From: Fimbriosthenelais zetlandica
Taxonomy: Eukaryota
NCBI GenBank assembly: GCA_977030845.1
Contig: OZ365109.1
Coordinates: 52,204,001 to 52,268,000 of the forward strand
Length of the DNA: 64,000 bases
Direction: 5' to 3'
The notes beneath the pieces were generated by a model. The model did not search any database. It was not told the origin of the DNA and saw nothing but the letters and a program-made list of their open reading frames with translations. Positions within the stretch are counted from its first letter, which is position 1. Every line of letters starts with the position of its first letter. A program made the translations under genes and the position numbers. Of this stretch, positions 24,857-39,215 are shown piece by piece.

Positions 24857-27483
24857 GTAAGTAACCTGAATTGCTTTATTTCGTTCACCTTGAATGATGT
24901 CCTTGCCTCTTTCTAGGTAATATATGAGTAGCGAAGGCTGAAAAGGCCATGTTTACATTCTGCTCCTGCTGTTGTTCCACGGTGCAAGCCAACGGCAACG
25001 CAGACAAATGAGTCGCTTCAGCCTTCATGAATGGCCTTGGCTTCGTGGTGGCCACTTTGACAGATGATATCGCTTCTTGGCTCTAGTTAAACCTAATTTA
25101 ATTCATGAAGTTTGGTGTTTGGTAGGAGCAGTTGAAGAATTGGGAGCAGGAAAACAGGTTGCCAATTTCCTATTACTCACCGTTATGCTTGTGATCTTGT
25201 GGCTTTTTGGCTGCAAATTTTTGGCTGCTCCTTTCACTGTTCACTTCAGCCACAAGTTGTAAGGGAAGGGTGACATGTATAAGAAATGAGGGGAGACAGT
25301 TGCAAGTACAGTCCTGAAATATTTATCACAAGAGCTCAGAAATATGATGAGTTATTGGCCGAATTACAGGAGACAGAATTTCGAATTTATATGTTTTAGC
25401 TACGGTATAGCAATTAATAATAGTCTAGATTCTCTAGGCTAAAATATATTAATTTGTTTACCCATAAAACAGCAAGATTCCAAGTCTAAGAAGGTTAAAT
25501 TACACCAAATTTCGGTGTAATTTCAGGATAGCAGAATTTAGACTAGATAATCAGGTGTCAATATAACTTTATGCTATTTCCTCTAATGCGATACAACTTG
25601 TATTAGATCATGGATGTAAGGTGGTGACTAATCAGTTTAATGTGCAGTTGCAGCTTTTCCTTTGATTCGAAAATGTTAGGTGCTACCGTATTTGTAACTA
25701 AATCTATTCAATATGGTTCCCTATTTCTGTAAATACCTCAGACCCACCTCTTTTATATTTAAGAGCTTTGTAAAAATAAATACTTAGCACAGAAGTGCTC
25801 CTCAAACTATGTGACATCAACCAAAGCATCAACTAAGATGGGGCTGTTCCTTTTCTTGGTTGTAGCTGAACACTTTTTTTATGATAAATCTTGTAGGCCT
25901 ACGTTTGTCACAATCCAGGTTTATCTGGAATATTTAAGCAATTTCCAGTACCAGTATATTGAATGACACTATTTAATGTATAATTTGTGACACTCCATTG
26001 ACATGAATTGATCAACCAGTAGGCCTGCTTGAATCAAATCCCCCCCTCCCACAATAACATAAACATTTGACATATTGTGAACATTTCACAAAAGCAAGGT
26101 TATGACTCATATTTCTGGAGGTTCATGTATCGTTCAAACAAATTAACCATAAGGCTTATAACACCCAGCAACGACTGGCTTCGTAAAGCTAGTTACACTG
26201 TAGTGCACCAGGCGGCGACACAGTGAAGGGCTTCTGCCGAACTGTTTCATGCAGTACTAGTCCAGTACCAATGTTCGCGTTACATTGCAGTCATTTGTTT
26301 GTATTGATAATCTATTGTTTATCTGTGGATGTAGGTATCTGTATATTCTCCGATTTCTATAAGTTCTTGGATTACGAAAATATAATTCAAATCTGAATAA
26401 CAAAGATCTTGATGTAGACCTACTCTGCTATGGCAAATGCTCATGATGTCCAGGAGTTAAACATCAGAGCATGCAAGACTTTGAGTCATACTGCTTCTAT
26501 ACTGATGACATCTTAATCCCGCATCATCCCTTAAGTCATCACTGCTGTAAGATTTGTCAGACTGTTAACTCAATGTTTTCTGATGATGACGGATTTCTTT
26601 GGGACCTGAGCCGCCAGAGAATGCGATATATCTAGATAATTTTGTTCTGGAGATCGTATCATGGTTTCAGTGGGCTTAATACTATACTGATCCCATGACC
26701 AACAAATGATGATGAAGTAAATATTAATATCTGAACCTAGATACCTAGATAATGTCATAACAACTTCAGTTTAGTGCTGGAGCCATTCTGGTAAATGACT
26801 TTATTTCGTGCTCTACATGGTGGTCATAGATTGATATGATTTCAGTTTATTTTTATTTCATCGATTTGTGGTATATCCATGGCATAATATAGTGTACACG
26901 AGATATTTTGTATGATCACCTTTAATAGAAAGTGGCTGAATATGGAGCTAAGATATAGATACTAACTTGTAGATTTTTTGTCATGGGCTAGAAGGACTCA
27001 GACATGCATCTTCCTCGATGCTGACCTTTGCCACTGATCGTTCCTCATTCACTGCACACAAAGTCTAGTTTACTATTTAAAGCCTTGAACAGAACCTTCC
27101 CATCAATGAAACTCCAAAACATGTGACTGACTGCTTTCCTGAAGGCCAAGTTTTTCTTGGACGCTTCAAAGAAGGAAGGTTTGAATCAGGTCAGTCCAAA
27201 TCTCACCCTTTTCACACAAGGGCTCATATAAATGTGATATTCAAACATTGTCTAATATTAGCAGATGAACTAAGTTACTTAATGCCCATTTAATATGCAT
27301 TATGGAAAGTTCAAACACTACATCAGATAGTAAACTAATGACTTGATTCAACCTCCAAAAAGGATAATTTTCCAGAGGTCGTAGCTCCAGAAGTTGTTGC
27401 CGGTCTTAACATATTTCTGTCACCCAGAAAACCCTTTAGGCATGGCTCCAACAGCTGCCTTATAACGAGCTGGAACTCCTGGA

Positions 27484-27623
27484 ATGGACTCAGACGCTCT
27501 CAGTTGTATTGGAACCAAGACTACAGTCCTGAGCAAAACCATTTTAGGAAGCGAGCCCATTGTACCCCGGCCAAACCATTCTCCCTCAGCTAATACCTGG
27601 CATTCTGCTAATGCATTCGGGCT
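27484..27623 (+). CDS. weak candidate alternative N-terminal exon, phase 2
   Basis: ATG GAC TCA...TTC GGG CT|gtaagg; MDSDALSCIGTKTTVLSKTILGSEPIVPRPNHSPSANTWHSANAFG; could instead be a decayed coding relic. Confidence 0.2.
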
Positions 27624-30544
27624 GTAAGGCCGATAGAGCTTCTCAATAAGGGGAGCGGGGAGGGTACTGCCTTGTTGATACTAAAACCTAGCCTGGCTAG
27701 ACTGAGTCATCCAGCGAGGAGACAATCAATAGCCGAGGCCACTCTCTCTCTCTCAGGAGAGATTAGTGTGATCCTCTCTAGCAAGAATCGGTCAGAACTA
27801 GCATCTAAATGAGAAAGTATGAGGAATCACTATAATAGTGAGCGGCAGCCCCCTCCCCAATCCTGCTCTCCAATCAACAACCCACGTCCCCAATTTTGTA
27901 TTATGTCCTTCAAGACATCAACATACTTTATGAACCCGACCCATAATCTGAAGAAATTCAAGTACACATATTAAATGATCTTGTAAACAGGAACGTTGAC
28001 GCTGAACCTGAAAAATGTTGAGATTGCATAAAAAAAATGTCACCTCCTACCCTAACACACCGCCTACTACACAGGTCTTGCCTTCCACTATCCATATTAA
28101 TTTCCCCCACCCCTTTTCCGGCTTTCTCCTTTCACCCGCCCAACCCTAACACCCCCACCCCTTTTCTTCCTAACCAGTCAAGAGCCAGCCAGACCACCTT
28201 AGGAATTGCGGTTGAGGATTTATCTAACCTGGCCGGTTGTGCTCACCCTCAGTCATATTGATCATTTTACATTGTGAAGAGCTGCCAGCCATATGACTGG
28301 TCATGAGGACTGCCTTCTTACCCCGCATCATATCTCCAGCCTCTCATCGATTATCGTTTTACACAGAATACCCTCTGTCAATGTGGCTACTACCCGGCAC
28401 TTCTATTGATGGTTGAATGGCTAGCTGGAATTGATCCCAGAATTTTTCTTCCGAGAGTAACTGACAGAAAAATGGCTTGTCCTTGTCTTATTTCCCTCCA
28501 TACATTGAATTGAATTGAATACCTTTCTCGAAATCTAAGAGTGGGACTACTTAGGTTATGCAGAGCGGGGATGCTTATACAATTTGCTATATAATATTAT
28601 TATGAATATCTTACATTATTTTCACATTAATATGTAACCATGACCTGACTAATTTGGTTACACACTTTGTGATCTTTTAGTTCATACTCTGTTTATCTCG
28701 TACCCGTGATTATATTTGGTCACTCTCTCATACCAATCTCGCCGCTGTACAGAGTGCATGTCTAATTGCAGAAAATAAATCTGCACGCTACACTCATTCT
28801 GTTAGGTTTAATGGACAATAAATGGATTCAGCTTAGATATATCTAGGCCATCTGAAAAAAAAGTATACAATTCTTAAGTCAGTTCACCTATAAATAGAGT
28901 GACCAAAGCTTAAAGTAGGTTCCATCAGTAATGAAGCTGGGGCTCAAGTTGCCACTAGTTGAAGCGATTGATTGAAGGTTAGGGCAGGGGGAGGGGCAAT
29001 GATGGGGGTTAAAGCGATGGTCCAGCTCCCCATCCAACCAGATATGTGCTTTTATACGAGCCAATGATATGGCGTGACTCATGCGTGTTAAGGTTTGCTC
29101 TGGGAGCTTTCAAGACTACTGCTGATGTCCTCTGTGAGAGATCTCCTGCACCAGGCAGGTGCCATTAAACTGTATAGTGGGAGACACTAGGGGAACAGGT
29201 GGGCATGAATGAAGGAGTCGCTGTGAGACAGATCTTCATTATACTTGATTGGATTTCTGGTACTCACTACCTGTCACGACACATGCATTACTGATAGATA
29301 TATCCAATGGATTAGAGATATTGAGACTTGGATTTATTCGTAAATTATCTGTTAATCTTTACAGGACAATATGTTTTGTGTTATCTGATACCAGTTATAT
29401 TTTATCACTGGAATTTGGCCCCTGGATGATTTTACCTGCGTTTAATTAGCAGTGCACTTTGGAATATATTATAACGAACTTATATGGATATTGGTCTAAT
29501 ACTACACTACACCTGAAGAGAACATCTGTATAAGTCATTATCCACTTTCAAAGAGAAGGCGTGGTCGGTTTTGGCATCAGTTGTACATAGAGGCACTGAC
29601 TACATAGGAGTGAATTAACTTACACAGGTGTTTTGGTAAACTTCCAGTGTTCCCTATAGCTGCCTGGTTTAAATACGGTTTCCAGGATATATGGGAATTA
29701 TCATAATGCCTGAAACCTGGACACATTGCTCACATTATCAGGAGCACCACAGGTATTTTAACTGAACGTGACACCCAAGGATAACACTGGGACCAACATA
29801 GGGAAGTTTTTATGGGAGTGATATACAACCAACACGAGGGTGGTGTGTCTGAATGGGCATTGAAAAGGGAAGAAAAGGGGAAGAAGGAAAGAAAAGGGAA
29901 ACATTCCTAATATTATTGCTGCTCTGGATTCTTTAATTTACATCACCCCTCTAATGCCCTAACAGTGATGTTGTTGAACCACAACTTAAATGGACTTTCC
30001 TACGTGAACTATATAGTGTAAAACTAATGTTTGCTCTTGTTAAGCCAAATTTAGGTGGACACATTGTATCCTTTCATCCCACAACCTGTCTAAAGCCTCT
30101 ATGCTGGCCTACCTGTGTCTTTGTGCTATAATAAGACCAGGTAATTATACTTTAATTAGCGTCAAGCCAGGCCAAAGCATCCCTAGATGGTCATTGTAAG
30201 AAGATAAAGCAGCCCAGCCAGGGTGTTCTATATTTAGATACTCTTCATATTGTGAGTGTCACAATCCCCATTGTATGTCCCTTCCCCCCTCTCCTCCCCA
30301 TCAACAATTGGCCACACTACGCATTTTCCCTCATTCACGTTTTCGCTGAGACGCTTTAAAAAAATCTTACTTTTTCCACATCAAACATCGACGATTTATC
30401 ACTGTTTATCAATCAGGAAATCTCTGTGTTTGCAGAATCCTTTGAAGGTCAGAGAGCCCGCCATATCTTTACCTAATTTTGCTTGTTGCCCTCAAGCAGA
30501 ACTGTATTTAAACCTACGCATCCAGACTCCTTTAATAGAGTTAG

Positions 30545-30561
30545 CCCCCCCCCCCCCCCCC
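30545..30561 (+). repeat. poly-C (17)
   Basis: Homopolymer run. Confidence 0.9.
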
Positions 30562-31000
30562 TCAGCCCCTCACAATCGCCAAAGGCGGAGGATTTCTTTG
30601 AAGAAGAGCAATTGACTGATAAGGACAATTTCTTCTGCAAACCCTTCACTGTTTACGACTGTCTCAAAATTTGAGTAACCTTCAATAGTAAAACCTGGTG
30701 TTCCTCCTCTGAACCCAAGCTATAGATCTACACTGTACAACCCACACTCAGTAATCGTGGGTATTATTCTGCCCTTTATAACTACTAGTGTGTAATAATA
30801 GTCCAATTTCAAGCCGCAACTGTATCACCCCTATTCAGATCAGAGTCCATTACTTCGCTGAATGCCTATCGGTGAACCATTGACACGCTTGACAAGCGAA
30901 ATATAGGATTAGATTTTCACAGACCTCTGCATTAGATGTTTGACAATCAATTCAATATTGCTGGACCCGTCTATGTAGTGGTGTCTACATTGTGTCAACG

Positions 31001-31014
31001 GTTACCATGGTGAT
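31001..31014. promoter_or_regulatory. imperfect RFX X-box upstream of the 31709 exon
   Basis: GTTACCATGGTGAT; perfect left half, two mismatches in the right half. Confidence 0.35.
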
Positions 31015-31708
31015 GAGGTGGTAACTTATTGGATGCAGGTACCAGGTGAAAGGGACAGTTTTGTTCAGGGGTTTGCATCAATATTTAATTTGCCAATACA
31101 CATTTTGGCATTCCTGCGTTCTATGACGAGCTTCTAAATCCATTATCCGTCCTGCACCAGTATCAAGTGATAGGGGGTTGGACTTCGGACCTGGACAAAT
31201 AGGAAGCTCTGGTGCAGAAGCATGTGGACCATGCTGTAAAACAGAAGACTGCGCCTACCTGCAGGGCATTCAGTGATTGGACCTATCTGGGCACGGAGTT
31301 GGCAGAGGCACAAAGTGCCCTCGTTTATCATCAAGTCTCATACGAAGGATCCACATTCACCTCACTTGTCTTGATCCCACTTCTACAAGGAGGACTATTT
31401 ATGGTATGGAATGATCATCAACAAGTGGCATTGAATAGAAAAGACTGATGCTAATGTATGCCCTTACTACCACAAAGATCTTAGATTAGCAAAAACTGGA
31501 GCAAGATTTAACCTGTACTGCCTCTTGTATGCACATACACAATGACTGAGATGCTCCAAGGAAGCTAACCCCAATGGACATGAAACTACTTGGAATGGAT
31601 CTAACCATTAGTTCTAAGGCACTGTGATTAGAGAATTATCCATACATATTAAGCATTCGTTGGCTTGGAACAGGCTGGTAGAGAAAAGACATAAAAGGTG
31701 GCATAAAC

Positions 31709-31860
31709 ATGTCAACTCTTTCTTTGAGTCGTCCGTTGGGAACTGGCAGGATGTCGGACAGGGTTCCCTCACCTGTGACGTCAGAGTTTGGGCCCCCTGG
31801 CGACCTGCATCAGGATTACTACGTCTTGAGGAGACCGGACGCCAGCATCTATTACCCATT
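31709..31860 (+). CDS. alternative N-terminal exon of the plus-strand gene, phase 2
   Basis: aacATG after an in-frame TAG; MSTLSLSRPLGTGRMSDRVPSPVTSEFGPPGDLHQDYYVLRRPDASIYYP + TT|gtgagt; 152 nt, GC-richer than the flanks; not in the ORF track (<60 aa). Confidence 0.6.
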
Positions 31861-33363
31861 GTGAGTTTTTAACTTCTCTTTAACATGTCTCATGTTAAAC
31901 ATGTATATTTCAACTTGATGTGCATTATACTGAAGTGCACTGGACTGGACTGGACTGATATTCACTGGACAATGCTTGCTCAGAGTAATGTCCAAATAAG
32001 TTAGACAAACTATGTTTTTTCACTACTGTAGTCCAATATTTCATTATGATTTGACACATTTAAATGTCCAGGACTGAATTAGCAATGTAGCCTACCTTCT
32101 CAGATTTTTAACATTCTGTTGAAATTAGCTAAATCAAGTAAAAAATACGGATGTAAATTCATATAAAACTTTTTCCCCGCTTTTATCCCAGTATTTTAAG
32201 TTCAGATGATGTTACAAAAGTATACATTGAAGGACTTTGAGGGAAAGAAGGTGTAAATTCTAAGTTGTACAAAGCCTTGGTAATCTATTGGGCATCTCCC
32301 ATTACCCAAGCTGTCCTCGATCATAGTATGAAGTAAGCAGAAGTTAAACATGGCCTTCACATCTCACATCATACAACTACATGATGCCACTTTTTTGTGT
32401 GGCCAACCTGGGCCAGTTTACCCCCTGACTGAAAAGAAATTGGCTTATTTAACATTCCAAGATGTACTTTCTCCAGTTTCATACTGCCATGAAAAGAAGA
32501 AAAAGATATGAGAATTTCCTGCTTTAGCGTCTTGATTTCCTCTTTCTCCATTCTTCATCAAATAAAGCTGTCCTGTTTATCCTTAGTTCAAACACAAACG
32601 CATGTGCCCTGCTGATATACACTACAGCTATTCCATGCTGCCAGGGGACTTTACCCTACGATCAGTTATAATACACAATGTTGTACAATCGTCATGTCAA
32701 ACCAAATAATGCCACAAGGAAATCTAGAAGAGAAAGCCAAAAAACACTAATTTCCAAATGGTTACCACATGCTCTCTTTCACCTGAACTTGATTGAAGAG
32801 ATATCTTCTTACCTTGGTATTTTGCAACAAACTTTTCTTGTTTTAGATTTTTTTTAAAATGCCACTGGCTGAATATACAGGGTTCTGATGATGTTTGCTC
32901 AAATGCAATGCCATGTATCATGCATTTTATTAGGAGCCTTTATGGGTATCATATGCAAACACACGTTTTTTGACTGTAAAGTACGGATGAGTGTGTAATA
33001 TGATATGGGATATCACATACCTTCAGCAATACTATTAAGTCGACTACAAATAAATGGGTAATTCAACCCTTAAATGCGAGTTGCCAATGAAAGTATATAC
33101 GACGCTAGATAAACCCAGAGAAAATGATTTCTTGTCCGAAGTTTTTAGCTTTCAACAAGCGCCTATCTCACTTAACCATCATTTCCGATAATATTGCTTC
33201 TGCATCAAGGGTCCGTTGCTTGGTAAGGCCTAAAGCATTGAGACTAGTTCTAAGAGAACCAAAAATCGGAGTTTCACGTCATCTATAATGTATAAAAGTT
33301 CCTTGTAGAGATCTCAAGCTGAAAGAGATAATGAACCAATCAGTAAATTAATTATTTAATTAA

Positions 33364-33422
33364 ATGAGAAAATCAGGTCATTTGAGGAGTTCTTATATGG
33401 GTTGCTCGCAGTTTATGCCTCT
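33364..33422 (+). CDS. candidate alternative N-terminal exon, phase 2; second ATG (33397) gives MGCSQFMP
   Basis: ATG AGA AAA TCA GGT CAT TTG AGG AGT TCT TAT ATG GGT TGC TCG CAG TTT ATG CCT CT|gtgagt. Confidence 0.4.
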
Positions 33423-36400
33423 GTGAGTAAACCATTTGATTGAGAAAATTATTTATTCATCAGAATTTATGAAGCATTCTGATGGGATGGTTTAAAATGC
33501 TTTTGAGCGCTCACTCTGATGTGTTGTTTAGCCCGCCAGTCGTATACAAACTTCACCCCTCTCCTCTCTTGCCCCTAGCAACATGTTGCATGCCACAGGT
33601 ATACCCACCCCAGGTCAAACTCCCAACCACGTTTCACAACTAAGATCATTGAAATTTTATATCTCATTCAAGCACTCAACCTCCCACGGAGCAATGACTG
33701 CATGCTCTTCAGGTATTAACCCCAAACTGACAAAATAGAGGTGTTATTTCTTCCCATACATTGTTTATTTCATGAAGAACTTTTCGTTTAAAAGAGGATT
33801 AGATGCCATTGATATAAACGGGCCCTTGTCCAAAGAGTTACTCGAGGGAGAGGGTGTGTGGTAAACCGAATCAAGTACAGTTTAATTTGTTGGGTCACTG
33901 AAGTATTGATCCCATCCTTAAGTGCATAGAAACCGTTGGATTTGATCTCCAACGAGGCTTACTCAACAGTTCTTTCTGTGCTGGGGTCTTCACTGCTGCC
34001 AAGGAGAATTGAAACACGGCCAGTGATAGAACACACTTAGCCCTAAAAAGTGGGCATTACGTTTGACACTTGTCTCTTCAATAGAAACCATAAGTGGGGA
34101 GACTTTTTTGATCAGTTTCTTGGAATATGCAATTTAAAATCTTAACGTCAGATCACCTGAATGTTACCCGGAGGGGAGTAAATAATCTCCCCTTTCAATA
34201 CTTGACGAGATCGAAAATTTGAATAACCTGGGGATATTTTGGGCGTGGAAATCCCTGTCAGTCTTGTAGACCTCGACCCAAAGTGGCAGTTAGTTGTATG
34301 GATGCCAGAATGGCTGTGCTGGGAATGGTACAAATTTCAGGGACTTGCCAAAGACCTGACTCATTCCATGAGACATCTAAATTTGTGCTTTAATTATCTC
34401 ACTTAGTGACTATTAATTTTAACCGTGGCTAATGGGTGGGAATCACTTATGTCAATATATCATTTAACTACTCATCACTTATTTTTTTTAAGAAATTCAC
34501 GATTAGTACATATAACTAGTAGATTATCCCCAGTTAAAATCCATAAAATGTTTGGAGAACTGATTAACTATAATCCAACCCCAGGGATGTCACCTCTGTA
34601 TTGTGCTAAAATGTCAACTGGGTGACTTTGAGGATCAGGGGTCACGCTTTCTTTCATTCCCCACTTCAATCATGACCATTATAGGGTGGCCAGGAGCCAT
34701 AAATATGTGGTGCGGACACACCTACTGGGGATGATTTGTTCTAGTCAGTTAAATCCCAAAATACATTAAATACCTCCTTACCAGTCTGACAAATATTTAT
34801 GATCATACTAACTACAGCATCCTACATTCATATCTTTCCCTTCGTTTGGTTATTATTAAGTTTATATGACAGTGGCAACTGTATGAAATCTCTACAATTT
34901 CTACAATTATTTTATATAGACCCTTCTAGGTCTGCTGCGTATGTAGCAAATCCCTAAATTACCTTGGCTCACACTTGAAGAAAACTTTTCTGGCCGTTGC
35001 TATGTTCCTGTTATTGAAAATGTTATAATGTTCAGGCTATTCATATTCTCGGATTCCAGCCACAAATATGTCCCCACGAATCATTTCAGGGGCAAGTACT
35101 GACTGGTCCAGTGCACAAAGGCATAATTAGAATAATGTACAAATATGCCACTACTTGTTCTTCGCTCTGCAAAACCAGAAAGCACACTTTTTCATTGATG
35201 TGGTTTCCAAAATTGTAACTTTACGTTGTGATCTTAATTTGTCTTCTATTGTCTGACTAAGCCTTGGGGAGAGTCCCTCCCACTCAGTTAAAACCACCGA
35301 CCACCCAGCAACCAAATGAAGTGATCACCCAAGTCATACTTCATATATATTTTTGTGTTAATTTGTTGCGCCTCTGGCAATAACTGCTGTATCTTACTAT
35401 GGGTATGCCCTGAGTATCTAATACACTTATGATCTATGTTGTTTGTTTCTCGGTTGCCCAAGTGAAGTCTGGTAAAAAAAATATTTTATGATATATTTAT
35501 TACCAGGCAGGCTTTGTCCATGATACACCAATATCATTGCACAGTGTATTCAGTTTAATTACTGTAGTCTAATACAGGAGTATGAAAATGAAAAAAAAAA
35601 TCGAGGCACATTAACACCTAGAACGGTCTTTATTTTTCTGTATTTTATCTGCCGTGAACTTCACATTATATATATAAACTCAGGAAGTACCTACCAGCCG
35701 GATACAGATCCAAAGTGATAATAAATGATACATCTGATATATTTATGATATGTTAAGGATCGCCAACACCCAAGAAATGCTTCATTTTAAATCGGACCTT
35801 TCCCCGGGCCCCCATTTCCCCACTCATTCATGAGTAAATTATGAATTGGGATTTTATGTTCTTATGCCCATTCATAACTTATATTTCATGCCAATGAATG
35901 TCAGTGGTCAATACCCTGGCCTGTATTGATCACTCATTTCAATACTGAACCAAGCAAACAAAGAAAGTGTTCATTGAGTGCGAAACTGCTACCGGGTTCA
36001 GTGGTTAATAATAGATGGCCTCTCTATCAGTGAGCCTGATTAAAAGTGTTCCTCCTGCTGCAGTCGAGGTGTGAGGAACCGCTTAACCACCTGGTCCACC
36101 AGTTGTGATAGACACATTTTGTCTGGATCTTTGACTAGTTTGAGTGTACTAACACACTCTATGCACTACTTGAGTCAGTACTTGGATAATTGAGGAGAAC
36201 CTGTTATTTACCTTTCTCATATTCTGATAAGATTTCTACTTGAATATTACTTACAATGACAGTTCTACACTCATTTCAAGTAACTGTAATAAGGGGACAA
36301 TGTTAAGCGGAAAGGTTTTTACCAGAACTTGAGTTTGTGAGAAATATTGCGTTGGATATATTTGTCATTTTCGCATGAAATTGCGATATATTGTCATATA

Positions 36401-39081
36401 GGTTCAAGCAAATACTGTGCGGTCCGAAATAGAACAATCATAATTCATAAACAGTCAAGATATAATTTTAAGCAATGATCCAATCCAGAGACTGAGTTAA
36501 GTGATGATATTAAAAACGGACATTTATTTGGGGTGTCTATATTTACTTCTACTGGGATGAGACTTCTCTTTTCTATTGCCATAACCATTTGGTTGCCACT
36601 CAATTCAATTATTCACTCAAATATAAAATATGTATGCGTCAGTCGCATGGCCTGGGCAATTCTGCGTTCATTAATCGGGGACTTGGGTATGGGGGCCCAT
36701 AATGGGCTTACTTTCAGAATGCCCATAATGGGTGTATTTTCAGAATTTATGCTCACAGTGGACCTTCTATAAGCCTAGCCATCAAAGGTTGAGTATATTT
36801 ACAAATCGATGAAGTCCAAAGCTTAAAATGACTGTTAAGTGTCGGTCTTTACGTTGACTACAGCTAATAATGACACTCCATATATGGAATTGAATTATTG
36901 ATTCCATCACCAGTGATCTGTAGCCTGGAAGGCTGGAGTTAACGATGCAGGAAAACAGTGGTACCCTCCACCCATCCATCATCCATCTCCTCATAATTAC
37001 CACCCATCCATTTTCCTGTCCAGCGCCTACTCTGCTTGGCAAACCTCTCCCTCTAGTAATACCTTCCGTGTGTTACTGTGCCTTTTGTCACACTCGTCTG
37101 TGATCACTGGCGCCCAAAGGAGCATTCCTGAACTATAGGTTATTCTAGCTTAATGACATGGGACTGATCCTTTATGGGCAAATGACGTGTGAAGTTCTTC
37201 CTGGAAAGGAAAAAAATACAGGATGGAAATAGTGTTCATATCATAAGAACATGGAGGCTCAGAAGCCTGAAATTATTTTCCTTCCACCTGTAAGTCTTTG
37301 TTCAGAGATTTTTGATCACAGGTCTTTTGCCTGTGATAGTTGTCAGGATTGTCATGAATTATGCTAATGGTGGTTAAACTACAAAGTTGGGCTCACACTA
37401 CTCTGCTTATCTCCTCACATTATCTCCTTTCATGTGTATATGGTCCTTTAAGAATTCTACTGTAGGGAATTTGTCAAATGTTGAATAGATTACAGGATTG
37501 TGACCAAAATTGTTTTCCTCAGAAGTGGTATGATTTAGAGTAATGTTATGGCAATATATTCTTACTCTGGTTGATTTGAATGGAGCTCGGCCTGTACAAG
37601 TATTTTCCCTGTCTACACTTATCTATAATCAGTCAGTCCTGTACCATAAGAGGAACGAAAATTGTAGGAGTGTAGCAAACTTCATTCAGTAGACTGAGGA
37701 GGATCTTATCCAATATTGAATGTTGACCTTAACAGGTGTTACCGTGTATGTGTATGCTGAGGCGACTGTTACTCAATACCCATATGTAATGGATTTCTTA
37801 GAAGGGAAGAGATTTGGTTATGTTCTCTTCAGCTTTTGGTCATTTTTAGTAAACGAAAAATAGCTGTGGGCAGAACATTTTTACAGTTTTTTTTCACATA
37901 ACTCATGTGTCACCAATAAATTGAACAGATTTGGGTAAATCAGGGCAAACGTACTACTTTTAGTAGAAGTGGAAAAATAGTGGATTCGTATTCCCTTGGG
38001 TTGAGCTCAATGTAACTTAGGTGGATGGGATTTATTACTGTGGGTTCCATTAAATGGATGCAGTGATTTTGTCTATGAGTTAATGGCGTAATGGAATAAG
38101 ATAACTGTTCCCCGGGGATGACCTTATAGTGGTCCATATTGTTGGGTAAATTGGTGCTCGTGTAAACAATCCTCCACATATAAACATGTGTGGCTACTAG
38201 AGTGTGTGCACTACATAATCATTATGGTTAGTAGGTAAATAGTTTCAAACCTCTACCATGTAGAACATTCATCCAACATGCTATCTCTCACCCATTACCC
38301 ATTTCACTGATGTGATGTTGTACTAGCCTATTTTTAAATTATGCCTTCCATATTATTTGTAAATTCCTGCCATAGTATACTAATCGGTGCCTTGTAATAT
38401 TACTAGGCCTAATTAATATCAAATTTTACACTTAATTGGTTGTATGTCAATAATTTCCTGAGTCATTTTGAAAGGAGTCTCTGCCTTTGGTATGTCTTGA
38501 TGGACATAAAAATGTTCACTATTGTACCTTTCCTGTCAACAGCTGGAAAAGTTAGACAAATTAGTTCTTTGTTTTTAATATTCCATTGGATCATTTCGTT
38601 GGTTTTCTTTATACATGGCAGTCGGGAACAGTGTATTAACTTCAAATCCTGTGATCTTTCTGAACTGCGGAATTTATGATTTTGTTTACTACTAAAATCT
38701 TTGATTTTTCTAAAAAGTTGAGAATATCTTCTGTTTGACCAGGCATTGAGGACCATGATCTATACAGATTGATCACAGGATACCGTGACTCTCACCTCGG
38801 ATTACATAGATAATTTCTGAAATCCGCTCCCGCACTCATTAACGGTTATAATAGGGTAATATAAAAGAGGACTATGTCTGATTTTGAGGGAGAATAAAAA
38901 TCAGAAGTGCTTTGACATGACCATGGTAGTGTCTGTCACCGAAGGCTTTCAGTCTCATACATGGATACATTGAAAGGTGGACAGTTTTACCTGTAATGAC
39001 ACTACGTCAGGGAAGTCTGTAAGGATTTACTTCTCTTGATCTGAGTGGATCTGATTTGGGATTCTCACATTTCTGCTCGTC

Positions 39082-39215
39082 ATGGAGGCATTATTAGAGG
39101 TAGAAGAAAATGGATTGTGGATGAGTGATGAAGAAACTGGGCTTGATGTTGAAAGTTATGAACAGATTCAGAAATGGGCTATTCTCAGTTCTGCCTTTAT
39201 GGATGGGGAGAAAAA
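39082..39215 (+). CDS. alternative acidic N-terminal exon of the plus-strand gene, phase 2
   Basis: gtcATGg with in-frame TGA at 39052; MEALLEVEENGLWMSDEETGLDVESYEQIQKWAILSSAFMDGEK + AA|gtaagt; 134 nt. Confidence 0.7.

Noticed and set aside
25155-25315. Minus-strand phase 1-1 open segment ending AAC G|gtgagt upstream of ARNT exon 1
   Set aside because: No in-frame ATG, lies beyond the apparent promoter, and has no other support.
27370-27620. Minus-strand hemopexin-like peptide (IPGVPARYKAAVG...KTGNNFWSYD)
   Set aside because: Interrupted by a stop, isolated, and the resemblance is superficial.
30256-30674. Plus-strand ORFs around the poly-C as an exon
   Set aside because: The frame ending at the nearby donor is closed by a stop; the Pro run comes from the homopolymer.
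31150-31450. Tyrosine-recombinase/DIRS-like relic
   Set aside because: Only a vague resemblance, with no catalytic R-H-R-Y residues or RT motifs; more likely promoter/UTR of the 31709 exon.
35985-36105. tRNA gene or tRNA-derived SINE (minus-strand A-box-like TGGACCAGGTGGTTAAG)
   Set aside because: No B-box and no cloverleaf.
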